A DNA stretch of 57,265 nucleotides from the IMG/VR virus record IMGVR_UViG_2879039326_000005. One strand, written 5' to 3'. Positions 44,182 through 53,700 of the stretch are shown here, piece after piece; position 1 is the stretch's first letter; each line of letters opens with the position of its first letter. Source of the stretch: an uncultured virus (IMG/VR IMGVR_UViG_2879039326_000005). Lineage: Duplodnaviria; Heunggongvirae; Uroviricota; Caudoviricetes. Made by a program: the position numbers and the translations under genes. The notes beneath the pieces are model-generated. The model made no database searches. It saw only the letters and a program-made list of their open reading frames with translations, and was not told the DNA's origin.

Positions 44182-44686
44182 TCCCTATTACGATCGGTTA
44201 AATGAATATGTGCCAGGAGAGCTGGCAGACGGCCAGGCTGTAGAGGCTGACTTTGGCGCAGTTCAGACGGGGTTTGAGCGTGTCAACACAGACATGCAGG
44301 CGCGAGTGACGAAGGCTACAAGGGTAAATGGCAAGCCTTTATCGGGCGACGTTGATCTGACCCCTGGTGATGTGGGGGCGATGAGATCGCTGAACGGGCA
44401 AAAGCCAAATGCCGACGGCGACTTGGTGCTTAATCTCTTGCATGGGTCAGACACCGCTGATCAGTATGTCAGCTCATCGTTTACCTACGATGTGGACGGC
44501 AGGCTGACGAGCATGATAACGCTATATCCAGCGGGGCCAAAGTCATCCTCATTCACATATGACCCCTCTGGGAGATTGCTATCATCGGTGTCGATTTATC
44601 TAGGCAGAAAAACCACGACCACCTATCTGTATAACAATAACGGACAACTCGAAAGCGCGGAATCAGTGGAGACTGAACATGAGTGA
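44174..44686 (+). CDS. Short tail-fibre anchor protein with C-terminal YD-like repeats
   Basis: MANPYY N-terminus, VNGKPLSGDVDLTPGDVGA fibre motif, TYDVDGRL/TYDPSGRL/LYNNNGQL. Confidence 0.7.
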   Translation: MANPYYDRLNEYVPGELADGQAVEADFGAVQTGFERVNTDMQARVTKATRVNGKPLSGDVDLTPGDVGAMRSLNGQKPNADGDLVLNLLHGSDTADQYVSSSFTYDVDGRLTSMITLYPAGPKSSSFTYDPSGRLLSSVSIYLGRKTTTTYLYNNNGQLESAESVETEHE

Positions 44687-45833
44687 ATTTGATCCAGTTA
44701 TTTTGGCAGAGGTTAATCGTGGCAACTCGCTGGTCAGTGATGTTTTATCACCTCTGATTAGTGGCATTTCAGGCGCCGTGATCGGTGGGGTTACGCCAGC
44801 TGTTGGTATGTCAGCACAATTGCCATCAACCAAGCCGATGATTGTCCACGAAAACACTGAATGGTTACGCTCCGGGGTTTTAATACCGCAGGAAGGTTAT
44901 GTAGGTATCCCTGATTATTTGACGCAACTTGGCCCTGGCGTGATTGCCACAGAAAATGGCGTACTACCGTCCTCAGTGAACGTCGTCTCCACGGCCAGCA
45001 TTGGGGCGCTAGTTGTTTTTGCGGCAAGCAGTGGCGGGGTTTACGTATCAAAAGATCGCGGCCTTACTTGTTTGATTGCCTCTGGCGTTTCAGCTTCTGC
45101 CGTTTTCGAGTGCAATGGATTTATCTATGCAAGTAACAGTGGCAGCCTGCGACGCACGTCTAACGGGGATACTTGGGAGTACTGCACCGGAGTTACAGGT
45201 GCCGTTTGTGGTATCGCGTATGGGAATGGGGTGTATATCGCCCCATCAAGTGACTCAACGAATGTATGCTGGACAAGTTCGGATGGTGTTTCATTCTCGA
45301 TAAAGGTGACAGCTCCTGCAGCGGTAAAAACCAGCATTTGCTTTTCAAATGGATTGTTCTTTTTATCGACGACTCAAAGTTCGGTTGTTGGCCCAAGCGT
45401 ATCTAACAACGGTGAGTCATGGTTCGTTGCAACCCTCTACCAAGGGGCGTCACTGCTTGTTCACTTGGTTATTTCTGCTGTTGATCGAATTTACGCATTC
45501 ACCAATGCGGGAATCTTTGAAACGTTGGATGCAACGCAATGGATTAAAATTGGTGTTATGCCGTCTTCATATACTGCCACGCCTAATTTCCCGCGAGGGT
45601 TCTATCAAGATGGATTGCTTGGTGTTTTATCCTCCTCATCAGTGTTGATGGCAAATCACCCCTCCGCCCTAGTGTCAATCACCTTTGGTGGCGCTGCTCA
45701 TGCTGCATGTATTTCTGGTGACTACCTTATTGCAGGACTTACGAAACCATCCAGTATTGTTCACAGGAGGAAGCTGGGGCGGGTTGTAGGAAATCCAAGA
45801 TATATAAGCGGAATTTACTACAGGGTAAAATGA
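44679..45833 (+). CDS. Probable receptor-binding protein (beta-propeller-like, Asp-box repeats)
   Basis: SKDRGLT, TSNGDTW, SSDGVSF, SNNGESW repeats; low GC. Confidence 0.65.
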   Translation: MSEFDPVILAEVNRGNSLVSDVLSPLISGISGAVIGGVTPAVGMSAQLPSTKPMIVHENTEWLRSGVLIPQEGYVGIPDYLTQLGPGVIATENGVLPSSVNVVSTASIGALVVFAASSGGVYVSKDRGLTCLIASGVSASAVFECNGFIYASNSGSLRRTSNGDTWEYCTGVTGAVCGIAYGNGVYIAPSSDSTNVCWTSSDGVSFSIKVTAPAAVKTSICFSNGLFFLSTTQSSVVGPSVSNNGESWFVATLYQGASLLVHLVISAVDRIYAFTNAGIFETLDATQWIKIGVMPSSYTATPNFPRGFYQDGLLGVLSSSSVLMANHPSALVSITFGGAAHAACISGDYLIAGLTKPSSIVHRRKLGRVVGNPRYISGIYYRVK

Positions 45834-45834
45834 C

Positions 45835-46134
45835 ATGAACATGTTTATTGTTGATGGTCCTGGTGCTAATCGCGCTAGCGTCGGATTTAACGATATTGAT
45901 CTCGAAATAAATGACAAGGTGTTAGCCATAAAAGCCGAGGCGGAGCGCCGTATCACCGCCTTGGACTGGCGCCTGCAAAGGGCTCAGGAGCGTGAGCAGC
46001 TTGGCGAGGCAGGTTTCGAGACGGTAGCCAATGTGTTGGCTCTGCGCGAACAGATCCGGCAGGCCAGCAATGCCGCTGAGCAGGCCGTATCCACGCTAAC
46101 CGATGTTGGCGCTGTGCGCGCGTTCACCTGGTGA
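45835..46134 (+). CDS. Tail fibre assembly/chaperone-like protein
   Basis: IKAEAERRI...DWRLQRA.E...IRQASN.AE; follows the fibre genes. Confidence 0.65.
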   Translation: MNMFIVDGPGANRASVGFNDIDLEINDKVLAIKAEAERRITALDWRLQRAQEREQLGEAGFETVANVLALREQIRQASNAAEQAVSTLTDVGAVRAFTW

Positions 46135-46150
46135 ACGCAGAGACTTGAGT

Positions 46151-46174
46151 AAGCCGCCATCTGGCGGCTTTTTT
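46151..46174 (+). terminator. Intrinsic terminator
   Basis: AAGCCGCCA-TC-TGGCGGCTTTTTT. Confidence 0.75.
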
Positions 46175-46186
46175 ATTGGGGGAAAT

Positions 46187-47092
46187 ATGGTAGCCATCAC
46201 AGCGACAACCACGCCTTTTGATGCCAAAGACGTGAACGACCAGGTTAATAAAACGATCAGCCAGGATGGCTTGCTGATGCGCATGGCCAAGGCCAAAGGC
46301 GAGCAGTACGCAGCTGGCCGCGGGCTCTCCAACAGCTCAATCGGTGCCGAGGCGTCGCAACGGGCGATCGTTGATGCTGCGTTACCTATTGCCAGCCAGA
46401 ACGCGGGGCAGGCATGGAAGAGTGACGAGAACCGAATTGATCGCGGTCATCAGCTGACTATGCAGGGGAACCAGTTTGGCCATGAAAAGGGAATGGCCAA
46501 TATCAACGCGCAACTGCAAAAAGAGCGCGATCAGCTGTTGCACAAAAACAGCCTGGGGATGCTGGATGCAGAGGGCCAACAGCGCCTGAAAGAGTTGGGT
46601 GTTCAGAACCAATATCAAACTGAGCGCGATCAGCTGCTGCATAAGAACAGTCTCGGAATGCTGGATGCCGAAGGCCAACAGCGGCTGAAAGAGCTTGGGG
46701 CGCAGAGTGAGTACCAGAAGGAGCGGGATCAGCTATTGCACAAAAACAGCCTGGGGATGCTGGATGCAGAGGGCCAACAGCGCCTGAAAGAGTTAGATAA
46801 CCAAAACAAGGCCAGCCTGGATCAGCTGGCCCAGCAGGTAGTGGCCAACACCCACGGCATGTACATGAGCACGGTCGATAAGGCAGTCAGCTCCTATAAC
46901 GACCGCTATGCAGCTGTCATGGCTGACAACACGATGAAGGCTACAGACAAAGAGAAGCTGGTCAACAACATGAAGACCGAACTCAACTCGACACTGAATA
47001 TGTACCAGCAGATGTACTCCAACATCAGCACCATCAAACCGGATTGGACTAAGTTCCCGTCCGCATCATTGCCCGGCGTGAACGTAAAGTAA
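46187..47092 (+). CDS. Probable ejection/pilot protein with 33-aa repeats
   Basis: RGLSNSSI motif; Gln-rich helical repeats. Confidence 0.7.
   Translation: MVAITATTTPFDAKDVNDQVNKTISQDGLLMRMAKAKGEQYAAGRGLSNSSIGAEASQRAIVDAALPIASQNAGQAWKSDENRIDRGHQLTMQGNQFGHEKGMANINAQLQKERDQLLHKNSLGMLDAEGQQRLKELGVQNQYQTERDQLLHKNSLGMLDAEGQQRLKELGAQSEYQKERDQLLHKNSLGMLDAEGQQRLKELDNQNKASLDQLAQQVVANTHGMYMSTVDKAVSSYNDRYAAVMADNTMKATDKEKLVNNMKTELNSTLNMYQQMYSNISTIKPDWTKFPSASLPGVNVK
46517..46795 (+). repeat. 99-bp in-frame tandem repeat, ~2.8 copies
   Basis: GAGCG(C/G)GATCAG at 46523, 46622 and 46721; encodes ERDQLLHKNSLGMLDAEGQQRLKEL. Confidence 0.9.
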
Positions 47093-47101
47093 GGGGGTCA
47101 C

Positions 47102-47473
47102 ATGTTTGATTTTGGCGGCATGGTATCAAGTGCGATCGACATGGCCGATCAGGCGGTCGATGCGGTGCTTGGTGGCCTTTCCAGTGCGGGATCTTGGATG
47201 CAGAGTAATCCGGGTGCGGCAACGCTACTTGGTTCAGCCCTGGTCGCTGGCGGCTCATACCTTGAGAACCGAGAGGCTCAGAAGAACCAGCGCAATATGC
47301 AGAAAGACATATGGGGTAGGGAGGACCAATTACGACAGGAGAACGGCCTGCCGGCCAACCTGACTCCGGTCGAGTACCAGGTATCAACGCCAGGGCTTGC
47401 CGGTGATGGCATGTCTACGGGGGGGGCTCTTACCAGCGGGCTTCTTGCCAACATCAAGAAGCAGGGGGCGTAA
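47102..47473 (+). CDS. Probable small ejection protein
   Basis: Gly/Ala-rich hydrophobic segments; operon context. Confidence 0.65.
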   Translation: MFDFGGMVSSAIDMADQAVDAVLGGLSSAGSWMQSNPGAATLLGSALVAGGSYLENREAQKNQRNMQKDIWGREDQLRQENGLPANLTPVEYQVSTPGLAGDGMSTGGALTSGLLANIKKQGA

Positions 47474-48679
47474 ATGGCAAAGGGTAGCGGAAAGGGCAGC
47501 AGCAGCGGCAGCAGCAAGGGGAGTAGTGGCGGCAGCAAAGGCGCCAGCAGCTCGAGCAAGGGCGCTAGCAACAATAACCGCAATGGAAGCAGCCAAGGTG
47601 CCAGCGCAGGCAATCGTGGCAGCACATCCAGCTCCAGCTCCAGCAGCAAGGGTGCGGCATCCAGCAAGAGTGGTGGCGCGAGTTCATCGGGCAGCAAGGG
47701 GGCATCTTCAACCAGCCGCGGCGGGCCTAGTTCAATTGGTGGTGGATCCAGTTATGGCATGAGCAAGGGCTCATTCAACAACTCAATAGGTGCCAACAAC
47801 AAGGGGCAGCAAGCCACCAGTGGTAACGGTAAAAACGACAACAACAGCGTTGCCAGTCGAATTGCGTCCGTCAGCAAGACCCTGAGCACCTACAAGGCCA
47901 CCTCTACTCCTCCAAACCACAACATCAGCTCGATCGGCGGCCCGTCGATGTATGGCATGCACGATGGTTCATTTGGTGGAAAGGCCAAGGGAGCTCTTGG
48001 TCTTGGCCCGTCCACCAATTTCAACGAAACCATCAAGACTGACAATGTGAATGGGGTGATCGGCAACCTGCAGCGCAAGGCGCAAAACGGCACTCTAACC
48101 GCCCGCGACAGGACCAATGTTGCCGACGCGTCCGGGGCATATAACAAACAGGCTGGCGCCAATATTTTTGGCGGCGCGCTGTTGGGAGGGGCTGGCAAGG
48201 CGGTTGCGGGGCTGGTCGGGGATATCGGAAATACCGACTCCTACTTCTCAGGCATCGGCCGAGATGCTGCGCGCGGTGATTTTGATAGTGAACGGTTAAC
48301 GGGGCAGCGAGGGCAGGCGCTGGGGTCAGAAGGGGGATTAGACTCGACCCTGAAAACCGCCTTGGGATTTTTGTCTGGCGTGGTGCCTGGTGCTGGCCAA
48401 CTGCTTTCTGGTGTGGCGAGCGGCTTGACTCAGCCAGCATCAGGCTTTGGTGCTTCGCTCAACGACCTCAACGTACAGGCCGGTAACAACTTCAATCAAG
48501 CCGGTGCAAATCGCAGCAATGGCGGCAGCAATGGCGATATCGCATCAGCCCCGCCCCGCTACTCGCTGCCAAACAACAATGACCTCGATAAGAGCATGGC
48601 TGGCGACTTTAATTTCAACCCCAGCCGATTTGATGTAACCCCCGGTATCCGGGCTCAGTATGCATGGGATGGTGAGTAA
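47474..48679 (+). CDS. Gly/Ser/Asn-rich probable ejection protein
   Basis: Low-complexity SKG-rich N-terminus; glycine-zipper-like hydrophobic segments. Confidence 0.7.
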   Translation: MAKGSGKGSSSGSSKGSSGGSKGASSSSKGASNNNRNGSSQGASAGNRGSTSSSSSSSKGAASSKSGGASSSGSKGASSTSRGGPSSIGGGSSYGMSKGSFNNSIGANNKGQQATSGNGKNDNNSVASRIASVSKTLSTYKATSTPPNHNISSIGGPSMYGMHDGSFGGKAKGALGLGPSTNFNETIKTDNVNGVIGNLQRKAQNGTLTARDRTNVADASGAYNKQAGANIFGGALLGGAGKAVAGLVGDIGNTDSYFSGIGRDAARGDFDSERLTGQRGQALGSEGGLDSTLKTALGFLSGVVPGAGQLLSGVASGLTQPASGFGASLNDLNVQAGNNFNQAGANRSNGGSNGDIASAPPRYSLPNNNDLDKSMAGDFNFNPSRFDVTPGIRAQYAWDGE

Positions 48680-49158
48680 TGGGATTGATTCAAAGTATGC
48701 AGGGCCAGCAACCACAACAACCACAGCAGCAGGGCGGTAATGATGACGCCATGCATGCCAGCTTGATGGAGATGCTGGGCGCCACCCTGCTTGGTGATGG
48801 TGGGCAGGCCGTTGCCGGTCGCTTGCAGGCCGGCGAGGACAAGATCCAGGGGGTGGCCGATGCGGTGGCAGGGGGCATTTTCACCATCCTCAAGCAGGCC
48901 ATGGAAGCCGGTCGCGGCGTTCCTGCTCAGCAGATCGTCAAAGCGGTGTATGCCGGCTGCCGTGAGATGCTGACATCGGGCAAAATTGGCGATCCAGATA
49001 GCAAGATCGACGCCCTGTTTCGCGCCATGGACAAACTCAAGGAGATGGACGCCGAGAACGACGTGATTGACGATCAGATCCTGGCTGAGGCCAGTCAGAT
49101 ACTGGAGGCTATCGTGCAAAAAATGGATGAAGCCGAACAGCAAGGGGGTGCAGCATGA
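48679..49158 (+). CDS. Hypothetical virion-module protein
   Basis: Coupled ORF; strong codon bias. Confidence 0.7.
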   Translation: MGLIQSMQGQQPQQPQQQGGNDDAMHASLMEMLGATLLGDGGQAVAGRLQAGEDKIQGVADAVAGGIFTILKQAMEAGRGVPAQQIVKAVYAGCREMLTSGKIGDPDSKIDALFRAMDKLKEMDAENDVIDDQILAEASQILEAIVQKMDEAEQQGGAA

Positions 49159-49889
49159 GCCTGCTCGCAGCATTAGCCAAGGGCTTTGGTGCCGGTACCG
49201 TCAATAACGCGCAGGTAGGGTTTGCGGAGCAGCAGCGCCTGCGTGAAGCCGCTCAGCGTAAAGACGAGATGGGAACGGAGCTGGCCGCCCGTGACAAGTT
49301 GACACAGAAGCAGATCGACGCGAGCCGTGAAGAGAACAATACCCGATTCAAGGCAATGGCTGGCGAGAACCAGAAGAACCGGGATCATGACTGGGCCATG
49401 TTCGAGAGGCGACTTGCACTGGAAACGCAAGCAGCGGCGGCCAACGCCAGCGTTCGCGCCCGCGAGACTCACGCCAAGAACATCATGGGCACCATGGATC
49501 AGCTGTCCAAGCGCAAGGCGGAGCTGATGGGGAACGACAAGATTACCGATGAACAGCGCGCAGTAGCTCTGGGCGAGATTGATACATTGGGCTACACCTT
49601 GGCATCTGACCCTGGCGCCCAGCAACTGCTGGGGGAGTTTGGGGGTGGAGGCTACGCCAATTACTGGCTTTCCTTGGCGCCGCAGAAGCAGGCCGAGCCG
49701 ACCCAGGCACCACAACAATCAGTCGCCCCCCCTGCAACCCAGCCACCAAAACCGCAAGGCATCATCCCTCGTATGCAGGGTGACCGCTCTATCGAGAAGG
49801 CACTGATACAGTCTGGCAGGGAGGCATTGAATGCCAATAAAAATCCTGACGCCATGGCATCCAGCGCTTACCAGCAGATGTACAAATAA
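49155..49889 (+). CDS. Probable ejection protein (helical)
   Basis: MSLLAALAKGFGAG N-terminus then coiled coil. Confidence 0.7.
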   Translation: MSLLAALAKGFGAGTVNNAQVGFAEQQRLREAAQRKDEMGTELAARDKLTQKQIDASREENNTRFKAMAGENQKNRDHDWAMFERRLALETQAAAANASVRARETHAKNIMGTMDQLSKRKAELMGNDKITDEQRAVALGEIDTLGYTLASDPGAQQLLGEFGGGGYANYWLSLAPQKQAEPTQAPQQSVAPPATQPPKPQGIIPRMQGDRSIEKALIQSGREALNANKNPDAMASSAYQQMYK

Positions 49890-49890
49890 T

Positions 49891-49912
49891 AAAGCCCGCC
49901 GAGTGGCGGGCT
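49891..49912. terminator. Terminator between convergent genes
   Basis: AAAGCCCGCC-GAGT-GGCGGGCT. Confidence 0.7.
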
Positions 49913-49950
49913 AATTTGTTCAGCTGACTGTATTTTTATCTTGTAAGTTA

Positions 49951-50496
49951 CTACTTAACATCTGCTGATTTTGCCAATTCATCAAGGGCTTTTTTAAAGC
50001 CATCCGCATGGCCGACAGTGCTGATAACTGCGTTTTCTTTCTGTTCCCCTTCATTTATGAAGTGTTTTTTAAGTATTGATTCAAAACCTCTAACATCAGT
50101 ATCGTGCCCATTGAAATTAACTATATTGGATGATGCCATTTTGACTGCTATCTCAATAGATTCGTCGCCAAACACCTGCGTATAGCACTGAGAAAACCCA
50201 CTCTTCTGTTTCTTTGTTGATGTTGCCTTGTATTGCTCACCATCAACAATTAGATCTCCATTGCATCTTGTTGCATTTATTTCTAGCAATGTGAAAGCTG
50301 ATTCATTATTTAATGCTTCAAAGGTTACTTGGACCAAGTCATCATGATAAGACGCCCCAATCCACCCCTTTTGTCCATTCCAGTCTTTAACAATTTCCCA
50401 TCTATTGGTATCTCGACCATCAATAGAAACATTCTCATGCTTGGCACAGCTAAAAATAAACACTGACATAATGACAGCTGCCATCTCTTTTTTCAT
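49951..50496 (-). CDS. AT-rich moron, probable lipoprotein
   Basis: MKKEMAAVIMSVFIFSC lipobox-like; opposite orientation; markedly low GC. Confidence 0.7.
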   Translation of the reverse strand: MKKEMAAVIMSVFIFSCAKHENVSIDGRDTNRWEIVKDWNGQKGWIGASYHDDLVQVTFEALNNESAFTLLEINATRCNGDLIVDGEQYKATSTKKQKSGFSQCYTQVFGDESIEIAVKMASSNIVNFNGHDTDVRGFESILKKHFINEGEQKENAVISTVGHADGFKKALDELAKSADVK

Positions 50497-50645
50497 ATAA
50501 CAAATCCCTCTGTTTTAATCCTCATAGAAGATCATTTAATGGAACTATAACATGACCACATGATGCCCCATTTGGTGCCAAAAATCCTTGATGCCACGCA
50601 CACCGCAAGAATGCCACCAAGCTCACTGTGATAGCAGAGCCGAGC

Positions 50646-50716
50646 TTGCCATTTAGACAGTAGTGGCACAAAATTTCCCCATCATGGCCGGACCCTTAAC
50701 AGGGGCCGGCTTTTTT
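50646..50716 (+). promoter_or_regulatory. Late promoter-terminator module (copy 3)
   Basis: TTGCCA-N17-CAAAAT, GTGGCACAAAAT, CCCATCAT, GCCGG..CCGGC hairpin + T6; near copy of 32348-32416. Confidence 0.65.
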
Positions 50717-50738
50717 ATTGCCTGCGGAGAACGACTAC

Positions 50739-53700
50739 ATGGCCAAGCCAACCCGGGATGACTTCATTGCTGCCGCCAGGGCGCGCTATTTACCACAGCA
50801 ACCAGACGACAATGGTGGCGATGAGCAGGGCATCATCGGTGACACTGTTGACATGTTCCAGCGTGGCCTGGGGCAGACCCTGGGTGGCGACCTTGAAACG
50901 GTTGGCCAGCTGACTGGCTCGCAGGGTATCAAGGATGCCGGGCGCGGCGTCAGTGCTTGGGCTGATGGGCAGCTGGATCAGGCGTCTACTCCCATGCGTG
51001 AGGCCATGGGCAAGCAGTTCTTTCAGGAAAATGCAGAGACTGGCGCCATTGAGGCAGGCGATGCATGGGCAGATCCGCGCGCGTGGGCGGGCAACTTCTC
51101 TACCGTGCTGGGCCAGTTTGTCGGGTTGGTGGGCGGTACCAAGGGGGCTGGGCTTATCGCCAAGCCCGCCCTGCGTGGCGCTGGCAAGCTGCTGGCAAAG
51201 GATCTGGTGGAAGGGCAAGCCAAAGAACTGGTGGCAAAAGCCACGGTGAAGGATGCCATCAGCGCTGGTGCGCTCGACTCGGTTCGGGCGGCGTATCTGG
51301 CGGCACCAGGGGAGGCAGCAAAGCGGGCTGTGCTGGATAAGGCCATTGGGCGCCTGACCTCCATTGGTTATGGTGCTCACGCTGGCGCCATGGCGTCTGG
51401 CATGCGGGCCCAGCAAGCAGAGCAAGAGGCGCGTGGCTACTTCAATGGGCTTGGCAACGACGAGCTCAACGCCAACCCCATCTATCAGCAGGCTTATTGG
51501 GAGCTGGCTGATGGCGAGATGCAGGGGGCTGACATTGGCGATATTCGACGAGCGGCGATCGACAGTGTTGCGGAGCTGGCGGCCACCGATGCGTGGTCAG
51601 ACCCGCGTGCGCTAACAGCGGATTTTCTATCCGGGGTGATGACTGGTGCCGGTGGTGGTGTCGGCGGTTTACTCGGCAAGGTGGGAAGCACCCGGGCTGG
51701 CGCTGCCGTGCGCGGCTTTGCCGGTGAAGGAGCCACTGAGGCGTGGCAGGGTGGCGAGACGCAGCGAGCCGTGAACCAGGCAGTGCAAGAGTGGGCGGAC
51801 GAGAGTCGCGACCCCATGGCGGGCGTGCTGTCTGCTGCGCTGAACGAGGGGACGATTGGCGGCGCATTCGGTGGCGTAGTGGGTGCCGTGCATGGCCCAC
51901 AGGCTCCAGATATGGCCAAGCCCTTGGTGCGGGTTGAGCGCCGGGTGGTTACCGGTGACCAGCAGATGGATGACATGATCCACGGCCTCGACCAGCGCCA
52001 GGCTGAGCGCGGGGCCAGCATCAGCAGCCAGATCGACAGCATGTTTGCCGGTGCCAACAACCCATTAGGGTCTGGCAAGTTCGATCCGGTTCGTGATGTG
52101 CCGGCTTACCAGCGACAGGGCTTTGTTCGTGGTAGTCACGACTTCCAGGGGAAAGCAATCGTACCGCTGGAGGGTGAGTTGCTGGATCCGGCTACCGCCA
52201 TGTCCGCCACGCCCAGTGGCCCACAGCCTGATATGGGTGGGCAACCTTCTGATCCCGCCCTTGATATGACCGCCATTGCCGATCAGCGCATCAGTGGCGA
52301 GTTGCAAGATGAGGCTGCCCTGCCTGGGCAGCAGGCCAATCTGCTGCCTGGTGCGACCTATGAGGGGGAGGCGCGCGAGGTGGGTACAGATCTGCCAGTA
52401 CCGCGCGGCCCGGCACCGGCACTGCCAGAGTCGAGCAACGCCGCCACAGTTCCACTGCCTGAAAGCGTGCGACTGACGCGCCGTGGCTTGCCTTTCTCCA
52501 GTGAGAAGGAGGCAGCCCTGGCCAGCCGCCAGGATGAAACCCCCATTCCCCTCGATGGCGGCGGCTTTGGCATCGCCAAGATTGCCGAGTTGGAGCAGGG
52601 GCGTGGCGAGCAGGCCGCGACTGTACCGCAAGACATCAACCAAGAGGTGAGAGATAACAGCTTGCCGCAACCGCTCGCGCCTGCCGTCGATACCGGATAC
52701 CGCGAGGAGATCCCCGCCACCCAACCACAAGCAGAGGTTTTCAATGAGCAGGCTCCCCAGGTACTTGCAATCAGCAGTGAACGACAAGGTGATCAGCCTG
52801 GAGCAGGCCAACCAGTTGCAGAGAGCGCTGGAGCAGCCACTGCCGGACTCTCCGACCGAGCTGGAACCGGAGATCGGGCAGGTCTCCTTGCTTCTGCACC
52901 TGTACCAGATGGACAGCAGCAGAATGACCAAACACTGACTGCCCCGGCCACTGATGCCGGGGTTGATGTTTCTGGGCCTGCCGATCCCGCCCCGCTGCCG
53001 TGGGCTGAGTCCATCAACAATGCCGATGGCACCATCACGCTCAAAGGCGAGATCCCCATTATCAGGCAATGGGCCAAGGATAACGGGGTGAAGGCGATCC
53101 CAGGCAAGGGTGGGGTGGTCGTAGCCAAGTCCTCTGCCGCCAAGGTGCTGGATATGGTGGCACCAGCCGCCACTAAGCCGGTGCAGCAGATCGAAGCTGC
53201 CCGCGCCGAGGTTGCTCCCGAGCCCACAGAAGCACAGAAGGAGGCGGGGAACTACAAGAAGGGCCACCTCACGCTGCAGGGGCTGGATATCGCACTGGAG
53301 GACCCCAAGGGGTCCACCCGCTCCGGCACCGATCAGGATGGCAAGGCGTGGCAATCGACCATGGCCCACGACTACGGCTACATCAAGCGCACCCTGGGGG
53401 CGGACGGCGATCACGTCGATGTGTTCATCGGTGACCAGCCGGATAGCGAAACGGTCTATGTGGTGGATCAGGTAGACCCCAAGACCGGCAAGTTTGACGA
53501 GCACAAGGTGATGATGGGGTTTGCCGACGAGCAGGCGGCCCGGGCCGGATACCTGGCCAACTATGAAAAGGGCTGGAAGGGGCTCGGCACTATCAAGGCC
53601 ATGCCGGTTGATGAGTTCAAGGTATGGGTGAAGGAAGGGGATACCACCAAACCGATCGATGGCAAAGAGGAAGGGAAGCCTGCTGGTGAGCCGGACCCTG

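Noticed and set aside
44174..46134. Diversity-generating retroelement or invertible tail-fibre switch
   Set aside because: No reverse transcriptase, invertase, template/variable repeat pair or inverted crossover sites seen in the window.
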